This document shows positions 48,693 through 58,697 of a stretch of 64,000 nt of DNA, one piece after another (within the stretch, counting starts at the first letter, position 1; every line of letters starts with the position of its first letter). The stretch covers positions 32,001 through 96,000 of the forward strand of contig JAWLHY010000005.1 in NCBI GenBank assembly GCA_041690135.1, written 5' to 3'. The notes beneath the pieces were generated by a model that had not been told where the DNA came from, did no database searches, and saw nothing but the letters and a program-made list of their open reading frames with translations. The stretch comes from Armatimonadota bacterium (GTDB taxonomy: Bacteria; Armatimonadota; SYMT01). A program made the translations under genes and the position numbers.

Positions 48693-50300
48693 ATGTCGGA
48701 CTATTTGAACGAAATCCAGCGGCGCCGGACATTCGCCATTATCTCGCACCCGGACGCCGGTAAAACCACGCTCACCGAGAAGCTCCTCCTGTACGGGGGC
48801 GCCATTCAGCTTGCCGGTTCCGTTTCCGCGCGCAAGAACCAGCGCAAGGCCACGTCCGACTGGATGGCCCTGGAGCAGCAGCGCGGCATCTCCATCACGT
48901 CGACGGTTCTGCAGTTCGAGTATGCCGAACATGTGCTCAACCTGCTCGACACCCCGGGCCACCAGGACTTCAGTGAGGATACCTACCGCACGCTGATGGC
49001 CGCGGACAGCGCGGTGATGCTGATCGACAACGCCAAGGGCGTTGAGCCGCAAACGCGCAAGCTGTTCACGGTCTGCCGTCAGCGCGGGATTCCGATCTTC
49101 ACCTTTGTGAATAAGCTGGATCGTCCCGGTCTCGAGCCCTTGGAGCTACTCGCGGATATCGAGAACGTGCTCGGGATCGAATCGGTGCCGGTGAACTGGC
49201 CCATTGGGGACGGGCAGGATTTCCAGGGGGTCTACCACCGCCGGGACAAGGAAGTCCACCTCTTCGAGCGAACGGAGCGCGGCGCACGCCGGGCGCCGGT
49301 CCGCGCGACCGACCTCGCGGATCCGGTGCTGGAGCGGATGTTGACGCCGAACCGGCTCAGCAAGCTTCGGGAAGAGGTGGAGCTGCTCGACGTGGCCGGT
49401 GAAGAGCTGGACATGGAGCGGGTAGGTCGCGGAGAGATCACCCCGGTCTTCTTCGGCAGCGCCGCGACCAACTTCGGCGTGGAGCTGTTCTTGAACGACT
49501 TCATCCGGATGGCGCCCGGCCCCGCACCCCGCCGTACCCCGGACCGCGATGTGGCGCCGGACGAGCCGGAGTTCCGCGGCTTCATCTTCAAGATCCAGGC
49601 CAACATGGACCCGAACCACCGGGATCGCATCGCCTTCATGCGCGTGGTCTCCGGCCGGTTTGAACGCGACATGTCGGTGAGCAGTCCCCGCCTGAACCGG
49701 CAGGTGCGCCTGAGCCGTCCGCAGAAGCTGTTCGCTCAGGACCGCGTGATCATGGAAGAGGCTTACCCGGGCGACATCGTGGGCCTCACCAACCCGGGCG
49801 TGTTCGCCATCGGGGACACGCTTTGCACCGGCGCGCCGCTCCAGTTCCAGGGAATCCCCCGGTTCGCTCCCGAGCACTTCGCCGTGCTCCGCAACGTGCG
49901 GGTCGACCGCTACAAGCAGTTCCAGAAGGGCATCGACCAGCTCGGTGAAGAGGGCGTGATGCAGGTGTTCTACGATGTGGATGCCGCCCGCCGCGAGCCG
50001 ATCTTGGGGGCGGTGGGCCGCCTCCAGTTCGAGGTGGTGCAGTTCCGCCTGCAATCCGAGTACGGGGTGGAAACCATTCTGGAGCAAACCCCCTACCGGC
50101 ATGTCCGCTGGCTGGACGGCGACCCGGAAACGCTCAAGAGCATGCGCTATTTCCAGGGCTCGCGTCGGGTGGAAGATGGCCAGGGACAGCAGGCCGCCCT
50201 CTTCGACGGGGACTGGAGCCTCAACTACATGCAGGAGCAGAACCCGAAGGTCCGGTTCCTGGAAGTTCCGGTGGGCGCGCTGGTGTCTTCCTCGAACTGA
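48693..50300 (+). CDS. prfC: Peptide chain release factor 3
   Basis: RRTFAIISHPDAGKTTLTEKLLLYG, SDWM, DTPGHQDFSEDTYR, FKIQANMDP.HRDR. Confidence 0.96.
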   Translation: MSDYLNEIQRRRTFAIISHPDAGKTTLTEKLLLYGGAIQLAGSVSARKNQRKATSDWMALEQQRGISITSTVLQFEYAEHVLNLLDTPGHQDFSEDTYRTLMAADSAVMLIDNAKGVEPQTRKLFTVCRQRGIPIFTFVNKLDRPGLEPLELLADIENVLGIESVPVNWPIGDGQDFQGVYHRRDKEVHLFERTERGARRAPVRATDLADPVLERMLTPNRLSKLREEVELLDVAGEELDMERVGRGEITPVFFGSAATNFGVELFLNDFIRMAPGPAPRRTPDRDVAPDEPEFRGFIFKIQANMDPNHRDRIAFMRVVSGRFERDMSVSSPRLNRQVRLSRPQKLFAQDRVIMEEAYPGDIVGLTNPGVFAIGDTLCTGAPLQFQGIPRFAPEHFAVLRNVRVDRYKQFQKGIDQLGEEGVMQVFYDVDAARREPILGAVGRLQFEVVQFRLQSEYGVETILEQTPYRHVRWLDGDPETLKSMRYFQGSRRVEDGQGQQAALFDGDWSLNYMQEQNPKVRFLEVPVGALVSSSN

Positions 50301-50308
50301 CGCGCCTC

Positions 50309-51784
50309 TTACCCGAGAATCGCTTCGGCGGCCTGCTCCCCGCTGTGGATGCTGTCGGGAATGCCTACGCCCCGGTAGGCGTTCCCGGCGAGGGCGAAGT
50401 TCGGGAGTTCGCCGGCAAGCCGCTCCATCTCCTCGACGCGTTCCAGATGTCCCACGTGGTAGTGGGGCATCACCTTCATCCCGCGCCAGGTGACGACGAA
50501 CTGGGGCTCCGCGGAGACGCCGACGAGCTTGCGCAGGTCGTCCCGCATGAGGCGAATCAGCTCCTCCTCACTGCTGCGCTCCACCGTCTCGCCGCCCAGA
50601 AAACCGCGCAGGAGGACGATATCCGAGCCCTCGGGGACCCGGTGGGCATACTTCCGGTGGGTGAAGGTGCAGCCCAGGAGCGTGAGGTTCTCGATGGCCG
50701 GAACGACGAAGCCGAAGCCGTTGAGCGGATGAGGCACGTCCCGCTCCCGGTAGGCCAGGGTGATCGTCGCGGCGGAGCCGTAAGGAATCCCGTCGAGCAG
50801 ATCCGCGAGCCGGGGTGCGTGGGCGCGGACCAGCTCAGCCGCATGATAGGCGGGTAAGGCCACCACGACCGCATCGGCCGCGAGGGGGGTATCCTCGGCC
50901 AGGCGGATTTCCCACTGTGCTCCGGCCCGTTCCAGCGCGCTGACCCGAGCGTTCAGCCGGAGGCATCTCTCCGGAAGACGCGCGACCAACGCATCGATCA
51001 ACGTTTGCATGCCGCTTCGGAAGGAGACGAACAGCCCATAGCGGGCGCCGCTCACTCCCTGCTGCGCCGTGGTCGTGGGACCTCCGGCGGACGAGGGCGC
51101 CGTGCCGTTACCGGGTGCTGCTCCCGGCTTTGCGGTTGCCCCACCGGCGGCGGCGCGCGACCGGGCCCACATCCCACGGATCACGCTGCCGTGCTCACGC
51201 TCCATATCGAGGAAACGGGGGAGCGTCGCTTTCAGGCTCAGCTTCATCGGGTCGGCGCCGTAGATGCCGGCGATCATCGGCTGCGCCATCCGTTCGAGGG
51301 CTTCGCGGCCGAGACGGCGGAGGACGAAGTGCCCCAGGCTCTCATCCCCGTCCTCTCCGCGGCGGGGAATGAGGAGGTCCATGGCCATCCGGGCCTTGCC
51401 GGGCCAGGAGAAGATCGGTGTTCCGGCGAGAGGGCCGAAACGGGCGGGCGCCAGGAGTTGAAAGCCCTCCGGCACCGGTTGCAGTTGGCCGTTCCGCACC
51501 ACGAAGCTCCGGCGGTGAACTTCCTGAGTGCCGATCAACTCGTCCTGGAGACCGAGGCGTCGCGCCAGGGCCAGCCCCCACGGCTTGTCGGTGATCATGG
51601 AGTCCGGCCCGAGCTCCAGGACGAACCCGTCCCGGCGCTCCGTGCCGATGGCCCCGCCCGGGCGATCGGAGGCCTCCAGGACCGTCACCTCCAGGTCCTC
51701 GCTCCGGCTCTCTGCCAGTTCCCGAAGGTGATGGGCCGTGGCGAGCCCGGTCACTCCCCCACCGATGACGACGATCCGCTTCAA
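50309..51784 (-). CDS. hemY: Protoporphyrinogen/coproporphyrinogen oxidase (HemY type)
   Basis: IGGGVTGL, ELGPDS, GIYG, GFGFVVP, GVGIPD; adjacent to ferrochelatase. Confidence 0.9.
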   Translation of the reverse strand: MKRIVVIGGGVTGLATAHHLRELAESRSEDLEVTVLEASDRPGGAIGTERRDGFVLELGPDSMITDKPWGLALARRLGLQDELIGTQEVHRRSFVVRNGQLQPVPEGFQLLAPARFGPLAGTPIFSWPGKARMAMDLLIPRRGEDGDESLGHFVLRRLGREALERMAQPMIAGIYGADPMKLSLKATLPRFLDMEREHGSVIRGMWARSRAAAGGATAKPGAAPGNGTAPSSAGGPTTTAQQGVSGARYGLFVSFRSGMQTLIDALVARLPERCLRLNARVSALERAGAQWEIRLAEDTPLAADAVVVALPAYHAAELVRAHAPRLADLLDGIPYGSAATITLAYRERDVPHPLNGFGFVVPAIENLTLLGCTFTHRKYAHRVPEGSDIVLLRGFLGGETVERSSEEELIRLMRDDLRKLVGVSAEPQFVVTWRGMKVMPHYHVGHLERVEEMERLAGELPNFALAGNAYRGVGIPDSIHSGEQAAEAILG

Positions 51785-52716
51785 GCAGCGTTCCTCACGA
51801 TTTCCACCACCCGCTGAGCCAGCATGTCGATGAAGACGGGATGGTCCCCCACCGTGCCCGCGCGGTGCAGTTTCATGCCCAGCTCCCCCGCCGTCTCTTT
51901 CGCTTCCACGTCCAGGTCGAACAACACTTCCACGTGGTCGTGGAGGAAGCCGATGGGCTGCACCACGACCTCATTCACCTCCTCGGCTGAGAGCTCGCGC
52001 AGCACGTCGCTGATATCCGGCTCCAGCCAGGGCACTCTTCCGTCCCCGCTGCGACTCTGGTAGGCCAGCGTCCTGCGCTCCGATCCCAGAATACCCGCCA
52101 CTCCGCGGCATGAAGCCAGGAGGTCCTCCACGTAGGGCGAGCCCTGGGCCATGCTGATCGGAATCGAGTGGGCGGTGAAAATGATCGGCACGTGTGCCGG
52201 CCAGGCGCCACGGCGGTATCCGGAAGCCTGCTCGATACGCTGTGCATTGGCTTCCAGAAAGAGCGGGTCGTCGTACCACGTGCCGATGTAGGAGACCTCC
52301 GGCCCGACGCCCCCGTTGCTCTCAATTCCGCGGGAGACGTCCAGCTTGTACCGCTCCAGGCTGGTGTTGCTCCGGTGCGCGGCCAGGATGATGCCCACGG
52401 CATGCTTGCGGCCCGCGAAGTTCATCCGCGCGATTACGTCCCGCATGAAGGGGTGCCAGTTCCGCATGCCGGCGTAGACCGGAATCGACAGGTCGTAGGC
52501 ATCGCGCAGCCGGTGCTTGAGCGCCACCGCCTGGCGGAACGTCAGCTCGTTGTAGGGCGAGCGTCCCCCGATGTCGTGGTAATGGTGGGCGACCTCTTCC
52601 AGTCGCTCGCGGGGTACGTTGCGCCCGCGGACCACCGTTTCCAGGAACGGCATGATGTGTTCGGGCTTGGTGGGTCCGCCGAACCCGATGAGAAGGACGG
52701 AATCTACACGGCTCAT
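51781..52716 (-). CDS. hemH: Ferrochelatase
   Basis: LLIGFGGP, GGRSP, GMRNWHP, FTAHSIP, YQSRSG, WLEPD, FLHDHVEVLFDLD. Confidence 0.93.
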   Translation of the reverse strand: MSRVDSVLLIGFGGPTKPEHIMPFLETVVRGRNVPRERLEEVAHHYHDIGGRSPYNELTFRQAVALKHRLRDAYDLSIPVYAGMRNWHPFMRDVIARMNFAGRKHAVGIILAAHRSNTSLERYKLDVSRGIESNGGVGPEVSYIGTWYDDPLFLEANAQRIEQASGYRRGAWPAHVPIIFTAHSIPISMAQGSPYVEDLLASCRGVAGILGSERRTLAYQSRSGDGRVPWLEPDISDVLRELSAEEVNEVVVQPIGFLHDHVEVLFDLDVEAKETAGELGMKLHRAGTVGDHPVFIDMLAQRVVEIVRNAA

Positions 52717-52871
52717 AGGTGAAGTATACGAAGTATATCCGGGTTGCGGACGCCTTCGCGGGAGAGGTGGGTGGGCAGGAACAAAGACATGACGCCGCGA
52801 ACGGCGCGTCAAGAATCACAACCAACCCCAGAATTCCCCGTTGTAGATATCAGAGAACGAAGTGAGGTCCG

Positions 52872-53414
52872 GTGATGCTCATCATCGAGGTCATGTTGAC
52901 GGTCCTGCTGGCCGTGGCCGGGGTCGTCCTGCTCCTGGGCTGGCTACTGCGGCCGGTGGTCCGCAAGATGCGGGAGCAACTCCGCTTGGAGGGCCAGGTC
53001 GAGTTGAACCGCCGGGCCTTCGAGGCGGAGCGTAGCCAGTTGCGGGAAGCGGCTCGCGCGGAGTTCGAGCAGTGGATGAAAGCCCGCGCGGGGGAGGCCG
53101 CCGGCGCCGGTTCACCGGTCTCGCTTACCCGGCTGCAGAGCCCGGTGCTCCAGGCGGTGCTGGAACGCTATCCGCTGAATGACCGGGTCCTGGAACTGGC
53201 CCGGGTCTACAAGCAGGCCACGGGAAAGGATCTCCTGCCCCCGGATCTGCGAAGCGGTGATGAAGCCGGCGAGGACCCGAAGAATGTTACCCGGCCGGAA
53301 GCAGCTCTTTCGAACGAAGAGGCGCGGCTGCTGGAAGAGGCGAAGCGGGAAGTGGACGCCTGGCTGACCGTCGCCGGGGCGGAGAGCGATCCCCATTCGG
53401 AGAGACAAAGATGA
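52872..53414 (+). CDS. Hypothetical single-TM coiled-coil protein
   Basis: N-terminal TM; GAGG RBS; stop overlaps the next start (ATGA). Confidence 0.65.
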   Translation: MMLIIEVMLTVLLAVAGVVLLLGWLLRPVVRKMREQLRLEGQVELNRRAFEAERSQLREAARAEFEQWMKARAGEAAGAGSPVSLTRLQSPVLQAVLERYPLNDRVLELARVYKQATGKDLLPPDLRSGDEAGEDPKNVTRPEAALSNEEARLLEEAKREVDAWLTVAGAESDPHSERQR

Positions 53415-54298
53415 AGTTGAAGAAGCGGCTGGCCACCCTGGCCGGCCTGGTCGTGATCGGCCTGATGGGACTGGGGTTCTTCCTGTCCCGGAGCCGCTGG
53501 GTTCCCGCGGGGCACGTGGGCGTGATCTACTCCGCGCGAGGCGGACTCCAGCAAGAGGTGATTCCGCCCAAGCGCGTGTTCGTGCCCTGGATGTCCGATC
53601 TTTATGTCTACCCGACGATGGTCAAGGCGGCGATCTACACGAACGACCCCAGTCAGGGAGAGTTCAAGGCCGCCGACGCGATCCAGGTGACCACGAGCGA
53701 TAACGCCAACACGCCATTCGACGTGGTGGTGTGGTACTCGGTGAAGCCGGAGAACGTCCACAAGGTCTTCGAGAGCTTCCGCGCCATCCCGATCGAGGAG
53801 ATCCAGTCCCAGCACATCCGGGCGGCCGTACGGGAAGCGGTGAACATCGTGGGTATCAACTACGACGCCTTCCAATTGATGGGGCCGAAGCGGGGCGAGG
53901 CTTCCGTTAAGTTGAAGGAGCAGTTGGTCCGGCTCATGGAGCGCAAGGGTATCACCATCGCCGGGGCGGAGTTCGCGGGCGCCTATCCGAGCAAGGAGAT
54001 CCTGGCCCGCATCACGAGCCGGATCAACTCTCTCACGGACCTGAAGATCGCGGAGTTCCGCCAGCAGATCGCCAAGGTTCAGCGGGATACCGCCGTCATC
54101 AAAGCGCAGGCCCAGGCGAAGGCGCAGCAGATCGCCTCGTCGCAGACGAAGGACCGCTCGCTCGACCTGTTGCGGCTCGAAGCGGACATGGCGGCCCTGG
54201 AGAAGTGGAACGGCCACCTGCCGCCGATCCAGGTAAAGCCGGGCCAGACAGTGATCGTGAGCCCTGAAGTCCTGTCGTCGCTGCGGGGAGGGAACTGA
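53411..54298 (+). CDS. SPFH/Band 7 domain protein
   Basis: TM then VPAGHVGVI, Band-7 core, C-terminal coiled coil, LEKWNGHLP. Confidence 0.85.
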   Translation: MKLKKRLATLAGLVVIGLMGLGFFLSRSRWVPAGHVGVIYSARGGLQQEVIPPKRVFVPWMSDLYVYPTMVKAAIYTNDPSQGEFKAADAIQVTTSDNANTPFDVVVWYSVKPENVHKVFESFRAIPIEEIQSQHIRAAVREAVNIVGINYDAFQLMGPKRGEASVKLKEQLVRLMERKGITIAGAEFAGAYPSKEILARITSRINSLTDLKIAEFRQQIAKVQRDTAVIKAQAQAKAQQIASSQTKDRSLDLLRLEADMAALEKWNGHLPPIQVKPGQTVIVSPEVLSSLRGGN

Positions 54299-55158
54299 TG
54301 ATGAATAAGGCACTATCCGCGCGCACGCTGACGCTCGTCGCCGCAACCGTGCTGGCGGCCACCACCTCCGGCTGCGCCAACCGGATCCCGGTCGCCTCCG
54401 TGGGGGTGCGGTTCAACGCCTGGGAGGGCGCCAGCAAGCAGATCCTGAAGCCGGAGGTCGTCTGGACGAACCCCTTCACGGAGCAGTTGATCATCTACCC
54501 GACCGGGATCATCAACGCGACCTACGTGAAGAACTCGGCTGAGACTCGCAGCTATGGGGACGACAGCATCAAGGCGTCCACGGTGGAAGGCGCCATTCTC
54601 CCGATCGACGTGACGGTCGCCTACCGTATCCCGGCTGATTCGGAGTCGGTGTTGAAGATCTTCAACAGCTTCGGCACGACCGATCTCAAGAAGGTGCAGC
54701 ACGAGCACATCCGGTGGGCGACGGTGACGGCGGTGAACGAGATCAGCGGTAAGAAGTCGATCTTCGACCTGATCAGTCGGCAGCGGGCGCAGTTCGGCCC
54801 GGAAGTGAAGGAGGTCCTAGCGCCGATACTGGCCCAGTGGGGCTTCGTGGTCGAGGACGTGCTGATCCGCGAGATCCATCCACCGGAAGAGATCACCACG
54901 AAGATCCAGGAGCAACAGGCAGTCCGCGCCGATCTGGAGCGGGCCAAGGTGGAACAGCAGCAGGCGAAGATCGATGCCGAAACGGTGCTGACGAACGCCC
55001 AGAAGGAAGCGGAACAGAACCGTCTGTTAGCACAGCAGGGGGAGAAAGCGCTCCAGCTCAAGCGCCTCGAATTGCGCCGGAAGGCGATCGAGAAGTGGGA
55101 CGGCCAGCCGCCGGTGATCGGCTCAAGCGGGATTCCGTTTATGGAAGCGAAATGGTGA
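54298..55158 (+). CDS. SPFH/Band 7 domain protein, possible lipoprotein
   Basis: TTSG-C lipobox-like, IPVASVGVRF, VEDVLIREI, IEKWDGQPP; TGATG coupling to previous gene. Confidence 0.85.
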   Translation: MMNKALSARTLTLVAATVLAATTSGCANRIPVASVGVRFNAWEGASKQILKPEVVWTNPFTEQLIIYPTGIINATYVKNSAETRSYGDDSIKASTVEGAILPIDVTVAYRIPADSESVLKIFNSFGTTDLKKVQHEHIRWATVTAVNEISGKKSIFDLISRQRAQFGPEVKEVLAPILAQWGFVVEDVLIREIHPPEEITTKIQEQQAVRADLERAKVEQQQAKIDAETVLTNAQKEAEQNRLLAQQGEKALQLKRLELRRKAIEKWDGQPPVIGSSGIPFMEAKW

Positions 55159-55195
55159 GGGGGATCCGCGAATTGCGCGAATGAAGCGAATAAGA

Positions 55196-55348
55196 GGAGC
55201 GCGGGCGTCTCGCCCGCCAGAGTCGGGAACTGCGGAGGAAGGTCGGAGGGGAGTGAGGTGAAGTGGGACGGGCGTCTCGCCCGCCAGAGATCAGGGTGAT
55301 CAAGAACTCACCAGTTGAATTCGAACGGGGCGGGCGTTTTGCCCGCCT
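55196..55348. repeat. Cluster of REP-like palindromes
   Basis: gcgggcgtctcgcccgccagag (~55202), acgggcgtctcgcccgccagag (~55268), ggcgggcgttttgcccgcc (~55329). Confidence 0.7.
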
Positions 55349-55370
55349 CGACGGCCGGCAATGCCAAAGG

Positions 55371-55528
55371 GGTACGTGGGAGAGACTGAGCAGTTTCAAG
55401 GACCAAGGGAGTGCGGTTGCCCGTCGCCCGCCACGGAATGGAATTCCGTGGCTACTGCGGAGTGAAACCCCTCCGGGGTTGGGGCGGCACAATACCGGTT
55501 CAAATCAGCGCAGTTGCTTCCTCCTACC
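55371..55528 (+). repeat. Dispersed REP/MITE-like element, copy B
   Basis: Homologous to 19027-19220 (inverted); palindromes gccacggaatggaattccgtggc and aacccctccggggtt. Confidence 0.85.
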
Positions 55529-55690
55529 CCTTAGTTGTGGAGCCGCATACCAGTCCGAGATCCGGAGACTACCCTCGCGAAGGCCCGCCTCGCAGCGGGG
55601 CTCCGGTCATGGCCCAAGGAGGCGAAGGGTTTTGCGCCGTCGGGTATTCGGCCATACCGATGAAAGGTGATGTACTCGCGGTTGACCGCA

Positions 55691-56953
55691 TCACTCACGG
55701 GATGCGATCTCCTCGATGAGTGGTTTTGCTCTTTCGATGAGTTCCTCGCGCAGGTCCTGGAGTTGGGGTTGGGTGCGGAGGTATTCCTCCAGGGCTTCGA
55801 GGGGCCCGAGTTGCGTGGTGAGGCCGCCGTGGCGGGAGCGCGCTTCGGGACGGACGTTCTCCCGGCGGATCGCGGCGATGTAGTGCGCCCCCTCCAGCGC
55901 CTGGCGGATTTCGCGTTCGGGCGGGTTCGGGGCGCCAGGGGGGAGGGTGTAGAAGACCCGTACCACGGCGCCCTGGATCTGGGACTTTTTCGCCTCGATC
56001 TTGCTCTTGATCGATTCGAGTGGGTCTACCTCGTCGGCCTCGATGCGCAGGGTCAGGAACTTTCGCGGGTGGAGGGGTACCGCCTTCCAGCTCGTGTGGC
56101 CGCGGGTCACCTCCGCGAGGACCACGACCTTGTCCTCATCTTCCTCGCCGAAGTCGACGCGCTCGATGCTGCCGGGATAGATCACGGGGGGTTGCCCCGT
56201 GAAGTCGTTGGGCGGGATGGTCTGGTGCTTGTGGATATGCGCCAGGGCCACGTAGTCGAAGGCCGGGTTCCGCACCGTTCCCAGCGGTAGTTCGATTTCG
56301 GGGGCGAGGAGCGCGCCCTTTCCGTAGCCGCCAAAAGTGGCCCCGGAAATGGTGTAATGCGCCATCAGAATGGCGGGGACCCGCTCCCCGTGCGCCTGGC
56401 GGTACTCGCCGATCTCCTCGGCCATCAGGTTGACGGCCTCCACGAGGCGGCTCCGCATCATCTCCAGGACTTCCGGCAGGCTCTTGCCGCGCGCCTCTTC
56501 CAGGGAAAGCAGGCGGCTGCGGGGCATGAACGGCAGCGGCGCGATCAGCACCTCGCCCCACCGGGTGCGGACCGGGGTCACCTCCGGTCGGCGCAGGACG
56601 TGGACGTTGTCCAACTCCAGCACGTGGAAGATATCGACGCTGCTGGCGCGGGCGAAGGCGTTCGGCACGTCGTGGTTGCCGGGGATGACGACGACCGGAA
56701 CCTGCCGGCCGATCCGGCGAATCCGGGACGCGAACTCCCGCTGGACCGTGGGATTGGGGTCGCAGTTCTTGTAGATGTCTCCGGGGAAGAGAACGAGGTC
56801 GACGTCCTCGGCCAGCTCCAGCGCCCGATCGAGCGCCTGAAGGAAATCGGAAACGCGGGTCCCGTATCCCTTTTCGGCATCAGGACGCCCGTACAGCTCT
56901 ACCCCCAAATGCACGTCACCCACGTGCAACACCCGGATCGGGTTACTCATCAT
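55691..56953 (-). CDS. sbcD: SbcD/Mre11 family nuclease
   Basis: Phosphoesterase motifs GDVHLG, GDIY, GNHD, AHY, AHIH, YPGSIERVDFGE. Confidence 0.92.
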   Translation of the reverse strand: MMSNPIRVLHVGDVHLGVELYGRPDAEKGYGTRVSDFLQALDRALELAEDVDLVLFPGDIYKNCDPNPTVQREFASRIRRIGRQVPVVVIPGNHDVPNAFARASSVDIFHVLELDNVHVLRRPEVTPVRTRWGEVLIAPLPFMPRSRLLSLEEARGKSLPEVLEMMRSRLVEAVNLMAEEIGEYRQAHGERVPAILMAHYTISGATFGGYGKGALLAPEIELPLGTVRNPAFDYVALAHIHKHQTIPPNDFTGQPPVIYPGSIERVDFGEEDEDKVVVLAEVTRGHTSWKAVPLHPRKFLTLRIEADEVDPLESIKSKIEAKKSQIQGAVVRVFYTLPPGAPNPPEREIRQALEGAHYIAAIRRENVRPEARSRHGGLTTQLGPLEALEEYLRTQPQLQDLREELIERAKPLIEEIASRE

Positions 56954-56980
56954 GCCCTACCCCGTCTCCGTGATCCAACC

Positions 56981-58690
56981 TCAGTCCCACAGGCGTTTCC
57001 GGTCCTCTCGGGCGCGTGCCGACCGCTCCTCCGGGGGAAGGTAGCCGACCGTCTTCCAGAACTGCTCGTCGTAGCTGCGGGTCTTCACCACCACCGGCAT
57101 CGGCAGCGCATGGCCGAAGACCAGGGCCTGCTGGCGAGTGTCGAGGCTGGCCAGCACGCTGCGCAGTCCCCCACTCCCGCTGGTTCCCGCCAGCACCGCC
57201 TCCACGTCCGATTCATCGTCCAGCAGGCAGCAGAACTTGGTGCCAAGCTGGGATAGCACTTCCTTCTGGATCTGCGAGGGCCGCTGGTCCACCACCAAAA
57301 GCGTCACATTATACTTACGAAGCTCTCGCGCAATCCGTCCAAAGATGGTTTGCTCAGCGATGCCCGGCTCCAGGAACTTGTGCGCCTCTTCGATGGTGAT
57401 CACCAGGCGCGGCGGGCGGGGATGCCGGTCCGGATCGCTGAAATGCTGCTCGGACTTCTCGCGCCACTGCTCGTCGATCCGCCGGGTGAGGATGTTGGCG
57501 ACCAGGATGTAGTGGATGAGCTGGCTATAGCGCCCGAAGTCGATGACGGTGTGGATGCCCTGCTCCAGGTTCCGCAGGACCAGCGGAATGGCGTCTTCCA
57601 CCACCCGCTCGTCGGGCCAGAGGAAGCCGCTGCATTCCTTCTGAAGGCGACCCAGCTTCCGGCGCAGCGCCTGCATCGCGCCCTGGTGTGCATCCTCCTC
57701 TTCCGCCACCTCTTTGGTGTCCATGTCGAGCGTGCGGGCGAACCAGTGCCGGCCGAACCGGCGCTGCAGGAGATAGCTGTTCTCGGCGGAAGTGGATGTG
57801 AGCCCGATCACCTTCTGCAGGCTCAAGATGTCTTCCGGCTCCAGGAACGAGTACGGGATCCGGATCTCGCGGTCGTACTTGACCGTCGGGCGCGGGTCCA
57901 GCGTGAAAACCTGGACCCGGTCGGGATAAAGCTCGCGCAGGCCCTTGGTGGAGCCGCCCGGCCGGCCTTCATCCGTTCCACGCCAGCCGTATTCCCCATG
58001 CATGTCGAAGATGAGGTTGACGCCGGCGTTCTTGTGGACCAGGCCGCACAGCATCAGGCGGGTGAGGAAGGTCTTTCCGGTGCCGGACTTCCCGAAGATT
58101 CCGTTGCTGCGCTCGGCAAACGCTTCCAGGTTGAGGCAGACGGGAATCTCGTCCATCTCCAGCGGCTCGCCGATGTGGAAGTGGTAGGGGGACTGTTCCT
58201 CGCTCCCAAACACGCGGTTCACGTCCTCGGGCGTGGCGCGGCGGACGACGGTGAAATGGCCGGGGATGGTTTTCACCGGGAGCAGCGCCTTCTTCGCGTC
58301 GGGCTCGGCGCGGTTCACCATCAGGTGGGGGCGCAGCATCGCGCGCGTGTAAAGGCTGTCCCCCGCCAGGACCTGCCGGAGCAGCGAGCCTGGCGCGGGG
58401 GGCGGCGCATCGACGGCTTCCGGGTTCGTGGCAGTCAGTTCCAGGTCCGTGACCAGGGAGAAGAAGTCGAACATTTCGCCACCGGCCACGGCGAACATTC
58501 CCGCGCGCAGGGTCTCCAGAGAGACGCCCGGGTCGAGCTTGAGATCAAGCCCCTTGGAAAGCGAGCCCCGCACGATGACGCCGAGTGATTCCCCGGCACT
58601 CCCCACGGGCAGGTCCGCCTGCGTCTGCGGAGAGAGAAGGTCGCCGGGAGAGGCCGCGGGGATCTCTTCGAAGGGATCGAAACTGCTCAT
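56981..58690 (-). CDS. herA: HerA family ATPase/DNA translocase
   Basis: N-terminal HAS-barrel-like region, GKSGTGKT, FDMHGEY, IEEAHKF, IARELRKY, DQRPS. Confidence 0.9.
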   Translation of the reverse strand: MSSFDPFEEIPAASPGDLLSPQTQADLPVGSAGESLGVIVRGSLSKGLDLKLDPGVSLETLRAGMFAVAGGEMFDFFSLVTDLELTATNPEAVDAPPPAPGSLLRQVLAGDSLYTRAMLRPHLMVNRAEPDAKKALLPVKTIPGHFTVVRRATPEDVNRVFGSEEQSPYHFHIGEPLEMDEIPVCLNLEAFAERSNGIFGKSGTGKTFLTRLMLCGLVHKNAGVNLIFDMHGEYGWRGTDEGRPGGSTKGLRELYPDRVQVFTLDPRPTVKYDREIRIPYSFLEPEDILSLQKVIGLTSTSAENSYLLQRRFGRHWFARTLDMDTKEVAEEEDAHQGAMQALRRKLGRLQKECSGFLWPDERVVEDAIPLVLRNLEQGIHTVIDFGRYSQLIHYILVANILTRRIDEQWREKSEQHFSDPDRHPRPPRLVITIEEAHKFLEPGIAEQTIFGRIARELRKYNVTLLVVDQRPSQIQKEVLSQLGTKFCCLLDDESDVEAVLAGTSGSGGLRSVLASLDTRQQALVFGHALPMPVVVKTRSYDEQFWKTVGYLPPEERSARAREDRKRLWD

Positions 58691-58697
58691 GCTACCT

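Noticed and set aside
56981-58690. HerA as an anti-phage system (Sir2-HerA or DUF4297-HerA type)
   Set aside because: Partners are NurA and Mre11, codon usage is host-like, and there is no defence-island or mobile context
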